This document shows positions 1-7,943 of a stretch of 19,960 nt of DNA, one piece after another. The notes under the pieces were generated by a model. That model made no database searches and was not told where the DNA came from. It saw only the letters and a list, made by a program, of their open reading frames with translations. Each line of letters begins with the position of its first letter. The stretch's first letter is position 1. The translations under genes and the position numbers were made by a program. Origin of the DNA: a virus (Duplodnaviria; Heunggongvirae; Uroviricota; Caudoviricetes); IMG/VR virus record IMGVR_UViG_3300029337_000252, positions 1 through 19,960 of that record, one strand, 5' to 3'.

Positions 1-981
1 ATGGACGCAATAATATCGCCCGATTATTACTATGTTCTTACCGTTGCTGGTCAGTCTAATGCCATGGCGTATGGCGAAGGACTGCCATTACCGGACAGTG
101 AAGATGCGCCTCATCCCAGAATTAAACAATTAGCGAGATTTGCGCATACGCATCCCGGAGGCCCGTCATGTCACTTTAACGACATTATTCCACTGACTCA
201 CTGCCCACACGATGTTCAGGATATGCAGGGTTATCACCATCCTCTGGCAACGAATCATCAAACACAGTACGGCACCGTTGGCCAGGCACTGCATATTGCA
301 CGGAAATTACTACCCTTTATTCCTGATAATGCAGGGGTTCTCATCGTTCCATGTTGCCGTGGCGGATCGGCTTTTACAGCGGGCAGCGAAGGGACATATT
401 CAGAACGGCACGGAGCCAGCCATGATGCTTGTCGTTGGGGAACGGATACTCCGCTATACCAGGATTTAGTCAGCAGAACGCGAGCCGCACTGGTAAAAAA
501 CCCGCAGAACAAATTCCTCGGCGTATGCTGGATGCAAGGCGAATTTGACTTAATGACCAGTGACTACGCGTCACATCCTCAACACTTTAATCATATGGTT
601 GAAGCCTTTCGTAGGGATCTAAAACAATACCATTCTCAGCTTAATAATATTACTGACGCACCATGGTTTTGCGGCGATACCACCTGGTACTGGAAAGAAA
701 ATTTCCCTCATGCGTATGAAGTTATTTATGGCAATTATCAAAATAATGTTTTAGCCAATATTATTTTCGTCGACTTCCAGCAACAAGGTGAAAGAGGACT
801 GACGAACGCGCCTGATGAAGATCCGGACGATTTAAGCACGGGATATTACGGTTCAGCGTACCGGTCACCGGAGAACTGGACGACGGCACTGCGAAGCAGT
901 CATTTCAGCGCGGCAGCCCGTCGGGGGATTATTTCTGACAGGTTTGTAGAAGCAATTTTGCAGTTTTGGCGCGAAAGGTGA
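1..981 (+). CDS. nanS: Sialate O-acetylesterase (NanS/YjhS-like SGNH hydrolase), 326 aa
   Basis: Complete ORF starting at window nt 1. N-terminal GQSNAMAYG block fits the SGNH esterase catalytic motif of NanS-type enzymes; length matches E. coli NanS as I recall it. Confidence 0.8.
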   Translation: MDAIISPDYYYVLTVAGQSNAMAYGEGLPLPDSEDAPHPRIKQLARFAHTHPGGPSCHFNDIIPLTHCPHDVQDMQGYHHPLATNHQTQYGTVGQALHIARKLLPFIPDNAGVLIVPCCRGGSAFTAGSEGTYSERHGASHDACRWGTDTPLYQDLVSRTRAALVKNPQNKFLGVCWMQGEFDLMTSDYASHPQHFNHMVEAFRRDLKQYHSQLNNITDAPWFCGDTTWYWKENFPHAYEVIYGNYQNNVLANIIFVDFQQQGERGLTNAPDEDPDDLSTGYYGSAYRSPENWTTALRSSHFSAAARRGIISDRFVEAILQFWRER

Positions 982-988
982 GCGTTCA

Positions 989-1639
989 TTAATTTGATTT
1001 ATTCGCATCCATCAGCGCTTTTAACTCCTCCGGCGTAAACGGTGGTTTGCGCCGGTGCAGCATCGCATGGCAATTAGGGCACACAGGAAGTAAATCATTA
1101 ACTGGATCCAGCTGGTAATCCTCTTTAATGGCTGAAAGCGGCACCAGGTGATGCATATGGATAAAACCCTCAGCGATATCGCCATAGATCTTCACCAGAT
1201 CAACGCCGCATACGTTGCACTGGCATCCGTGATGTTCGACTGCTTTCTCGCGAGCTTTTTTATCGCGTTCATAGCGGTTTACCGTCACCTTTATCGCCGC
1301 ACCTTCAACGTAGGTCCCCTGCGACGGCAACTCATCCGGGAACAGAACATCGGCTATGGGAGCCGCAGCGGCTTTATCCTGATGAATATGAAATCCCTGA
1401 TCTATAAGTAGCTTGACGCATTTAGATTTTATTCCGCCGGTGAAATCCGCAGGGGTAAATTGCGTCCCCGTCATCAATGTCGCTGCGATACCAGCAATCG
1501 CCTTCGAGGGGTAACGTCGGCCATGATATTCAATCTCATACAACCGTGCAGGCTGGAACTGATGAGTTTCTCCCGCATCCCATAAATGAATAGCTTTGAT
1601 GATATACCGCCGAGGAAGATGATCGGGGAGTTTATTCAT
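989..1639 (-). CDS. HNH endonuclease-family protein with an N-terminal domain of unknown function, 216 aa
   Basis: C-terminal HNH signature (CQCNVCG ... HMHHLVPLS ... CPNCH). Convergent with nanS, 7-bp gap. N-terminal about 120 aa not recognised. Confidence 0.75.
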   Translation of the reverse strand: MNKLPDHLPRRYIIKAIHLWDAGETHQFQPARLYEIEYHGRRYPSKAIAGIAATLMTGTQFTPADFTGGIKSKCVKLLIDQGFHIHQDKAAAAPIADVLFPDELPSQGTYVEGAAIKVTVNRYERDKKAREKAVEHHGCQCNVCGVDLVKIYGDIAEGFIHMHHLVPLSAIKEDYQLDPVNDLLPVCPNCHAMLHRRKPPFTPEELKALMDANKSN

Positions 1640-2017
1640 GGAGAATGTCCTTATACGTTCTCAGAACAAGCAGCAAAAAAACAAATGAGATCAAGGTAAT
1701 ATATCTTCACTTGCAGGCTTGAACAGCAGAAAATTTGCGAGCATGATCGCAATTATTTCACTGCCAGGGATATCAATGGCTTCCAGTAAATCGCTACAGC
1801 AGGCAATTGCCAATATAAAAATCTGGCATAAGGGTGAACAGCGCGCACCGCATAAACCATTGTTATTGCTATACGTATTAGCGGGATACCTGAATGGACA
1901 TCCGCGCCTTTTCGATTATTGTAGTGGAACAGTCTACGAGGATGCAGTTTGAAGTGAGTAAGTAAAGGTTGCTGGAAACGATCAATGCCGCCATACAATG
2001 ATATTTGAGGATCACCA

Positions 2018-2203
2018 ATGAGTAATAAAAACTACGAAAGTCACCGCAAAGCAATTGTTAGTAAAGGTATACCACCCGCTCTATTAAATAGGCTCACCAA
2101 TTCGGATGTTCAGGTGATCAATACCTTCTTAACACGAGTGAGCAAACTGGAACTATCTCAACAAGAGAAAGACTGGATCATAAAAATCATCTCTATGGTT
2201 TAG
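2018..2203 (+). CDS. Hypothetical small protein, 61 aa
   Basis: ORF with a GAGGAT Shine-Dalgarno-like sequence about 6 nt upstream of the ATG. No recognisable motif. Confidence 0.25.
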   Translation: MSNKNYESHRKAIVSKGIPPALLNRLTNSDVQVINTFLTRVSKLELSQQEKDWIIKIISMV

Positions 2204-2405
2204 ACAATTTCAGCCTTGTAGCCTTTCAAGGGTTTTGTGTGGGTACAAACATTATCGAATCGGGATATAGCCGCAGCTGTAGCTGTATCCACATCAGTAA
2301 GTTGATGTAGGTTGACTTAGGTTGAGCGAAAAATAGCGAAAAGCCTTGTGTGGCGCGGATTTCAGTCATAAAAAAAACGTCCGTTGACGTCTATTGATGT
2401 TCCGA

Positions 2406-2453
2406 TGGTGCGAAGGTGCGAAGGTGCGAAGGTGCGAAGGCCGGACTCAAACA
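2406..2453. other. attL-like core: inverted, degenerate copy of a tRNA-Leu (leuX-type) 3' end with a 4x tandem GTGCGAAG expansion
   Basis: Reverse complement reads GAGTCCGGC(CTTCGCAC)x4 CA, close to the leuX 3' end (..GAGTCCGGCCTTCGGCACCA) recalled from memory. No intact tRNA gene is present. Confidence 0.55.
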
Positions 2454-2642
2454 TCAAAATAAGTTAATGATAAAAAACAAATAATAAAACACAACAATGA
2501 AATATGCCCCCTTTTGTGCCCCCACTGTTTTTCTGACCAATCTATTTTCAGCCCATCAATAAATCGGAAAGTTAAATCATTTTTAATCAGTAAGTTTGGA
2601 TCCGTAGCTCGGATCCAAACCAGTGCATCTTTTATCCACATA

Positions 2643-2936
2643 AAAAATTTTTTTTCGAAAGAACTGTTCACACTGTTCACCTTTCTGTTTTCTCCTTTTA
2701 TTTCAGAGTGATAGGTGGTGAATAATGGGTGAAGGGTGAACATTCGATTCTTCACCTCCGGCATTCTGCCGGTGTGACTCATACCGGTGATTAATCCCCC
2801 GTACTGAAATCACTCAGGAAGAAAAAAGTTTTTTTTGATTTGATTGTTCACACTGTTCACCTTTCGTTTTTCTCTTTTAATTTCAGTATGATAACGGGTG
2901 AATATACGGTGAAGGGTGAACAGTGGATTGTTCACC
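2643..2936. repeat. crr-like cis replication region: two ~114-bp direct repeats (period 180 bp) carrying TGTTCACC/GGTGAACA octamers
   Basis: Units about 2643-2756 and 2823-2936 are near-identical (A6-T8 tract, TGTTCACACTGTTCACC, GGTGAAGGGTGAACA, TTCACC). Lies immediately 3' of alpha, as crr does in P4. Confidence 0.7.
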
Positions 2937-2953
2937 TGCGGGGGATATCGGGA

Positions 2954-2979
2954 TAAAAAAAGACCGGCAGATGCCGGTC
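2954..2979 (-). terminator. Rho-independent terminator downstream of alpha
   Basis: 7-bp GC-rich stem (GACCGGC / GCCGGTC), 4-nt loop, followed on the minus strand by a U7 tract; 17 nt past the alpha stop codon. Confidence 0.6.
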
Positions 2980-2995
2980 AGGTGGGTCATGAGGG

Positions 2996-5329
2996 TCAGG
3001 TTGTCGCAGGGTCGTCACATTTTGGCAGCCAGTCGCCGTAGCTTTCCTCTTTCAGCGTCAGGTTGGTCTGTATCCCCTGTTTGGTATGGCGCTTCTCGTA
3101 ATTCAGTCCGTATTCCTTCAGCATCACCGGCAGCCCCAGCCCGAACATTTTCAGACTGAGTACATTCCGGTAGCCGTTTGCCTCCATGTAGGCCAGATAG
3201 GCGTGATAGAGGTATTTACGGTAATTACGCGGGATGATACTGGCGTTCCCCATATACATGCCGCTGGTCTGCGGCAGGGTTTCCAGATAGCCGATAAAAT
3301 CAAACGTCGGGTCGGCATCCCGTTTGATGTTCAGCGCCTCGTCTGAGTTCTGCTGGGACTGAAGCAGTGACCGGGCGAGCATCGGGTCGCTGAACTTCTG
3401 CATCAGGTGACGCACGATGACCGCCAGCTCGCGGGTGATTTTGTCCTTAAGCTGCGGGTCGCGCTCCTGCGGGGCTATCTGTTCCGGGAAGTGAATAATC
3501 ACCCGCCGGCGTGACACGCCGCCGCTGCGGTCGGTGAAGCGCATCGGGTTATTGTTCACGGCCAGAATCACCGCCGGGATGTGCGTGGAGTATGCATCCC
3601 GGTATTTCGGGTCAACGGACACCGCATCGCCGCCGGTGATGGCCTTGAGTCCGGCACCGTCGCCGCTCCATTTTTCCTGGTCCGGCAGGCGTATCAGTGA
3701 GAAGCCAGTTAACGCGGCACGTTCACGCGGGGATTCCAGCGTCTCAATGGTGGCCGACGTGGCGTTATCTTCCCCGGCCAGCAGGGTGGCTATTTCGGCC
3801 ATGATACTTTTGCCGCTGCCGCCGGGACCGGTCACCTCCAGAAAGAGCTGCCAGTCGTAGCGGTTTGCCAGCACCATAAACAGTGCGGCCAGAATCACGT
3901 CGCGTTTTTCCGCACGGCCACCGGCGGCACGGTCAAGCCAGCGCCAGAACGCGGGGGCGTGGGTTTCCAGCGTTTCCCCTTCCACCGGCGGGGTGAAATC
4001 CACATCACACAGGGTGCGCATCCAGTGTGACGGACTGTGCGGGTGGAACGTGCCGTTCTGCGTGTCGAGCACGCCGTTACGAAAGCCAATCAGGCGGCGG
4101 GAGGGGGCTTCCTGCTGCGGAATAATCAGCTTCAGGGTGTCCACCACGGAGGCCACCTTCCCGGAGGAGAACGGCGCGCGCAGACGCTGAAACAGCCCGG
4201 CCACATCCCGGGCAAAGTCCTGTGGCGGCAGCACCTTCCAGACACCATTTTCATAGCGGGACAGAAGCTGGCCGTTGGCATCGACCGCGAGCGCCTCGCC
4301 GTAATGCTCATAGATACGCATGGCCTTTTCACTGGTACTCATGGCGGAAAACTCCGCTTCGCTCATGGTGTCGAACGGGCTTTCAGCCGGTGGCCGGATG
4401 GCATCGTAAATGGCCTTACGGGTGGCTTCCCTGCCGTACTGCGTGAAGGCATCATTCCAGTCACCGAAGACCGGCGGCAGGGCAACAACACCTTCACACG
4501 CATCTGCGGCTGCGGCGGCTTTTTTCTGGCCGTCACCGCTGAGGTCACGGTCTGCGGCAAGGACAATCTGACAGGCCGGATGCTTCTGCCGGGCAAGGCT
4601 GGCCAGAGAAAGGAGGTTCACGGAAGAAAGCGCCACCATCACCGTTTCACCGGTCAGGTGATGTACGGTAAGTGCGGTCGCGTATCCCTCCGCTATCCAC
4701 AGACGTTTTCCGGCCTGATTCTGTCCTTCAAGGATGTGACAGGTGCCCCTGACCTGCCCGCCTTTCAGGGTGCGCTTACGGCCGTCAGCGCTGATTAACT
4801 GAAGGTTAACAAGTTCGCCGCTGTCGTCATACAGTGGCACCACAAGGTCACCGGCGCGCCAGCTCACGCCACCGGCTCTGTGTGTGCCGGTCAGCATCCG
4901 GCATTCCCGGCCGGGAAAGCCCTTGCGGGTCAGGTAGGCGTTACCGGTTCCGGTACGGGTTTTCGCCATCAGGGTTTGTGCCAGTGCGGCGGCGTTCTTC
5001 CGGGCAGCGTCTGTTTCAGCACCGGCGGCGGCCGTCACTGCCGGGTCAGCCGGGGGCAGGCTGCCGGTCACGGCAGCCACCTTTGTGGCCGCGTCGGACG
5101 GGGAGACACCAAACACCTTTTCAACCAGTTTCAGGCCGTCACCGGCACCACACTGATTGCAGTACCAGGTGCCGCGCCCCTCCCTGTCATCAAAACGGAA
5201 GCGGTCACTCCCGCCACAGACCGGACAGGGCTGATGACGGTTTTTCAGCACCTGAATCCCCAGCGCCGGGAGGATACGCGGCCAGTGGCCGAGCGCATGG
5301 CTGACGGTGGCGGTTACGTTCATTTTCAT
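2996..5329 (-). CDS. alpha: P4 alpha-type primase/helicase, 777 aa
   Basis: N-terminal zinc-binding primase motifs (CPVCGG ... WYCNQCG), central TOPRIM-like region, C-terminal Walker A (GPGGSGKS) of a D5/SF3-type helicase. Length equals P4 alpha. Confidence 0.95.
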   Translation of the reverse strand: MKMNVTATVSHALGHWPRILPALGIQVLKNRHQPCPVCGGSDRFRFDDREGRGTWYCNQCGAGDGLKLVEKVFGVSPSDAATKVAAVTGSLPPADPAVTAAAGAETDAARKNAAALAQTLMAKTRTGTGNAYLTRKGFPGRECRMLTGTHRAGGVSWRAGDLVVPLYDDSGELVNLQLISADGRKRTLKGGQVRGTCHILEGQNQAGKRLWIAEGYATALTVHHLTGETVMVALSSVNLLSLASLARQKHPACQIVLAADRDLSGDGQKKAAAAADACEGVVALPPVFGDWNDAFTQYGREATRKAIYDAIRPPAESPFDTMSEAEFSAMSTSEKAMRIYEHYGEALAVDANGQLLSRYENGVWKVLPPQDFARDVAGLFQRLRAPFSSGKVASVVDTLKLIIPQQEAPSRRLIGFRNGVLDTQNGTFHPHSPSHWMRTLCDVDFTPPVEGETLETHAPAFWRWLDRAAGGRAEKRDVILAALFMVLANRYDWQLFLEVTGPGGSGKSIMAEIATLLAGEDNATSATIETLESPRERAALTGFSLIRLPDQEKWSGDGAGLKAITGGDAVSVDPKYRDAYSTHIPAVILAVNNNPMRFTDRSGGVSRRRVIIHFPEQIAPQERDPQLKDKITRELAVIVRHLMQKFSDPMLARSLLQSQQNSDEALNIKRDADPTFDFIGYLETLPQTSGMYMGNASIIPRNYRKYLYHAYLAYMEANGYRNVLSLKMFGLGLPVMLKEYGLNYEKRHTKQGIQTNLTLKEESYGDWLPKCDDPATT

Positions 5330-5343
5330 GGTGTTGTTCTCCT

Positions 5344-5664
5344 TCAGTGCAGTACCGGCGCTTTTATGTGACGGGCACAGAGTTCATCCATCACAACCAG
5401 CCCGAGAAAGGACAGCGACGGCGCGGCCTTCAGGGGGCCGGATTCCATTAAATCTTCCAGCAGGGCACAGGCTATCTGACGCCCTTTTTCCTCACCGTGC
5501 TGGCGCAGATAAAAGCCTTCCAGCTCAGCGGCGATGGCCGCCTCCAGTGATTCAAGGGTGAGATGCGGGTAGCGGTGCTGACGTTCGCACACGGTCAGCC
5601 AGGCACAGGCGACAGCGCGACGGTAAAGGGCAGCGCGTAAGACGGGCGGTAAGGGTGTTTTCAT
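5344..5664 (-). CDS. Hypothetical protein, 106 aa (P4-like early operon)
   Basis: ORF in operon context between orf151 and alpha, 14 nt upstream of alpha. No motif recognised. Confidence 0.55.
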
Positions 5665-5799
5665 TTGCTTTCCTCCCTGTGACAGATGACTGCATTCCGT
5701 GCCGGTTGCATTAACTGATAAGGCATATCTGCGTCTCCTGAAGACGTGCGTATCCCTGCGCGAATACGCACATTTAATTTTTCGGGTGTCGTTTTTTAA

Positions 5800-6255
5800 T
5801 TACAGATAATTGCGGTAACTGTTATCCGGGGTGATTTCCGGGTCAGGCTCCGTGCGGGGAATTTCCCGCCATTCCCGCGCCACCGGTGCTGCCCGGCTGA
5901 CCGGAACAGGGTCCTGCGGGTAAATATCCAGATATTTCTCACGCCATTTCTGTAATTCCGGGTCTCCGGCCATTTCTTTCAGTACCGCATGCCGGTTTAC
6001 GGGGCTGCGTTTAAACAGGTCAGGACGGTCACAGGTAAATTCCCGCAGAAAACGCCCCAGCGGGATGTCTGTGGTGCGCCCGTCAGCGAGGATACGCACA
6101 AGGATACTGAATTTACGGCGGTACGGGTTCCAGACAATGTCCGGGCAGCGGTACGGCATTTCCCACGGAATACCGTCTTCCAGAATGCCGACCACGGCCA
6201 CATCGGGAAAACCGGCAGAACGGTAAATCTCACCGGGCTGGGGAAAATCAAACAT
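5800..6255 (-). CDS. P4 orf151-like protein, 151 aa
   Basis: Size and position (between epsilon and alpha) match P4 orf151; start overlaps the stop of the upstream gene. Confidence 0.65.
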   Translation of the reverse strand: MFDFPQPGEIYRSAGFPDVAVVGILEDGIPWEMPYRCPDIVWNPYRRKFSILVRILADGRTTDIPLGRFLREFTCDRPDLFKRSPVNRHAVLKEMAGDPELQKWREKYLDIYPQDPVPVSRAAPVAREWREIPRTEPDPEITPDNSYRNYL

Positions 6256-6535
6256 GCGTCCTGTCTCCCCGGTCTTTCTGCTGGGCGAGAAAATCGCGGC
6301 ACAGGCCTTTGGCTTTCAGCTCATTCAGCACAAAATCAATATCTTCATTCAGGTAGCTGAAAATATGCGGAATGTAGAGCTGATGCAGGCCGGAGAGTTC
6401 ACGGTGAATCAAATCACCCCCAACAAACCGGGATACGGCGCTGGCGCGGTTGAGCTTATGGTAAGCCTCAATGCTGAGGTGTTCACGGGCGTCATGACGC
6501 GCTGAGACGGTCTGAGGGGCTTTTTTATTACGCAC
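6248..6535 (-). CDS. Epsilon-like protein, 95 aa, proposed GTG start
   Basis: The ORF track gives 190 aa (to 6820), but the first 95 residues are low-complexity. A GTG with a GGAGG Shine-Dalgarno 5 nt upstream gives a 95-aa product, the size I recall for P4 epsilon. Confidence 0.5.
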   Translation of the reverse strand: MRNKKAPQTVSARHDAREHLSIEAYHKLNRASAVSRFVGGDLIHRELSGLHQLYIPHIFSYLNEDIDFVLNELKAKGLCRDFLAQQKDRGDRTHV

Positions 6536-6725
6536 GGGACACCTCCACCACCGGCAGACGGGCAGCAAGGGAGAGCACATAGTCACGGACAAGGGAACGG
6601 CGGGCACTGCGTTCATCACCGGCGACGGTGCGAAGCATACAGATACGGGGATGACGGTCTGTGCGACGGACAGCCGCAAACACAAAGACAAATTCAGGGT
6701 GTGAGGGGGTAAGGGTTGTAGCCAT
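6528..6725 (-). CDS. Hypothetical small protein, 65 aa
   Basis: ATG preceded by AGGAGG (8-nt spacer); overlaps the proposed epsilon start. Replaces the 214-aa track ORF 6528-7172. Confidence 0.5.
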   Translation of the reverse strand: MATTLTPSHPEFVFVFAAVRRTDRHPRICMLRTVAGDERSARRSLVRDYVLSLAARLPVVEVSRA

Positions 6726-6728
6726 GAT

Positions 6729-6847
6729 GGCAGCCTCCTGTGAATAGCAAATAACGCTATCGCCGGAGTTTCCACGCTCGATGGCGATAGCCCAGACGGG
6801 GGTGGAAATACCGGCTTCACAGGATACCGGCCAGCCCGGAGGCTGCC
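6729..6847 (-). promoter_or_regulatory. Structured leader upstream of orf66: hairpin plus U-tract and an anti-SD segment (candidate immunity/attenuation region, cI-like)
   Basis: 9-bp stem hairpin (6766-6774 / 6793-6801) followed on the minus strand by a U-rich run; 10-nt GGCAGCCUCC (6838-6847) exactly complementary to the orf66 SD region GGAGGCUGCC (6729-6738). Confidence 0.35.
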
Positions 6848-7123
6848 CCGCCTGAGCTACCATTGACTCTGCGGCATAATGAGCGGACGCGGGCAGGATG
6901 CACGGAATGCCATCTGCACGACTGACCACACACCACACCATAATCTGGCGCTCTGTGGCGTTGATTGCGACACAAAAAAAGACGCATGGCGCGTCATATG
7001 TCGCCTGTGAATTGCTCGGGTTTCCACGCCCGGCTGCCGATTTTGCGGCAGCGGAAAAACTATATCCGCAAATGCCGGAAAAAGGCAAGCCAGAAAAAGG
7101 GACTTTTTGCAGAGCGGGCATCA

Positions 7124-7390
7124 TCATGCGTCGTACCCCCGTTTGCGTCCGGCAATGCGCCCGGCCATCCATGCGGTGACTTCAGAGTGCAGCCAGGCCA
7201 CATTTTTACCGCCAAGACTCACCTGCGGCGGAAATTCCCCCTTACGGATGAGTTCATAGATGGTCGAGCGTGACAGGCCGCACAGGTGCATCACTTCCGG
7301 AAGACGTAAAAAACGCTCCTGTGTGATGTCCGGCAGCGGCATCAGTGGCGTCACAGGGGCGGGAGACGGGGAAGAAAAAACAGCTTGCAT
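7124..7390 (-). CDS. vis: Vis/AlpA-family DNA-binding regulator/excisionase, 88 aa
   Basis: AlpA-like helix-turn-helix core ([27 protein letters not shown]); size matches P4 orf88 (vis) as I recall it. Confidence 0.7.
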   Translation of the reverse strand: MQAVFSSPSPAPVTPLMPLPDITQERFLRLPEVMHLCGLSRSTIYELIRKGEFPPQVSLGGKNVAWLHSEVTAWMAGRIAGRKRGYDA

Positions 7391-7493
7391 CGGGCTACCT
7401 CGTTAATGTCCATACAGCACCGGATAAGTCCGTCCGGCTTCGGGTAGCGCTTTATTTTGTGAATATTTTCAGCAGACGCAACAGGGGGGATTT

Positions 7494-7511
7494 GTTCCGG
7501 CAGCCTTACAA
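7494..7511. promoter_or_regulatory. TGT-N12-ACA dyad: candidate Delta/Ogr activator site of a leftward late promoter (P_LL-like)
   Basis: TGTTCCGGCAGCCTTACA, about 105-120 bp upstream of the vis start on the minus strand; same dyad form as P2/P4 late promoters. Confidence 0.4.
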
Positions 7512-7669
7512 TGCTTGTGTATTTTTTGTTCATCTCCACTTAAAGTCATTTAAAGCCACTTAAAGCAATTCGTAATTTTTATAGTGAAATACAAATCGTT
7601 TTTTCTTATTCATTCCCGGCGAATTAATAAAAACAAACAGTAATAAACAGCACAAAAAGCCCATCAACG

Positions 7670-7773
7670 GGTGAACAGTGGTGAACAGACGGTGAACAGT
7701 CATTACTGCGATTGTTCACCCTTTAACTTACTGTATTACTTATCTTTTTTCTTATGGTGAACAGAGGTGAACA
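7670..7773. repeat. ori-like iteron cluster: six TGTTCACC octamers (alpha-binding type I repeats)
   Basis: GGTGAACA at 7670, 7680, 7691, 7756 and 7766; TGTTCACC at 7713. Sits between the divergent vis and sid operons, about 4.7 kb from the crr-like repeats. Confidence 0.7.
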
Positions 7774-7853
7774 GTAAAATATAAAAAAAATAAACAGTAA
7801 GCCGTTTTTTCCAGCGACCTTTTCCTGGCTTGCCGGTCTGAGGATGAGTCTCC

Positions 7854-7871
7854 TGTGTCAGGGCTGGCACA
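7854..7871. promoter_or_regulatory. TGT-N12-ACA dyad: candidate Delta/Ogr activator site of the rightward late promoter (P_sid-like)
   Basis: TGTGTCAGGGCTGGCACA centred about 80 bp upstream of the sid ATG. Confidence 0.5.
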
Positions 7872-7943
7872 TCTGCAATGCGTCGTGTTGCTGTCCGGTG
7901 TACGTCACAATTTTCTTAACCTGAAGTGACGAGGAGCCGGAAA

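Noticed and set aside
1719-1998. Overlapping 77-aa (+) and 81-aa (-) ORFs between the HNH gene and attL
   Set aside because: They overlap each other on opposite strands, neither has a convincing SD or motif, and I could not decide which (if either) is real.
2406-2453. Intact tRNA gene at the att site
   Set aside because: Only about 25 nt resembling a tRNA-Leu 3' end are present, in inverted orientation and interrupted by the tandem octamer expansion. No D-arm, anticodon arm or T-arm sequence could be traced.
2643-2936. Possible CRISPR array, given the many short TGTTCACC repeats
   Set aside because: The repeats are only 8 bp, occur in both orientations with irregular spacing, and are embedded in two large direct repeats; this matches replication iterons rather than CRISPR repeat-spacer architecture.
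4037-5371. Long plus-strand ORFs (253, 156 and 163 aa) antisense to alpha
   Set aside because: They lie entirely inside the well-supported alpha gene on the opposite strand, are Arg/Gly/Pro-rich and low-complexity as expected for antisense frames of GC-rich DNA, and lack SD sequences.
6536-6820. N-terminal extension of the 190-aa ORF (epsilon-like gene)
   Set aside because: The upstream 95 residues are Pro/Ser/Leu-rich, overlap the 65-aa gene in another frame and have no SD. An internal GTG with a GGAGG SD gives a 95-aa product consistent with epsilon.
6528-7172. 214-aa minus-strand ORF spanning the vis-to-epsilon leader
   Set aside because: Its N-terminal two thirds are low-complexity and would run through the structured leader. 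Only the last 65 codons have a strong SD (AGGAGG) and ATG, so that shorter gene was called instead.
7351-7539. 62-aa minus-strand ORF upstream of vis
   Set aside because: It covers the TGT-N12-ACA promoter dyad, overlaps the vis start by 40 nt and has no recognisable motif; most likely promoter/leader DNA.
7926-7943. Track start of sid at 7926 (GTG), giving 250 aa
   Set aside because: An in-frame ATG at 7944 preceded by a GAGGAG SD gives 244 aa, the expected Sid length; the GTG lacks an SD.
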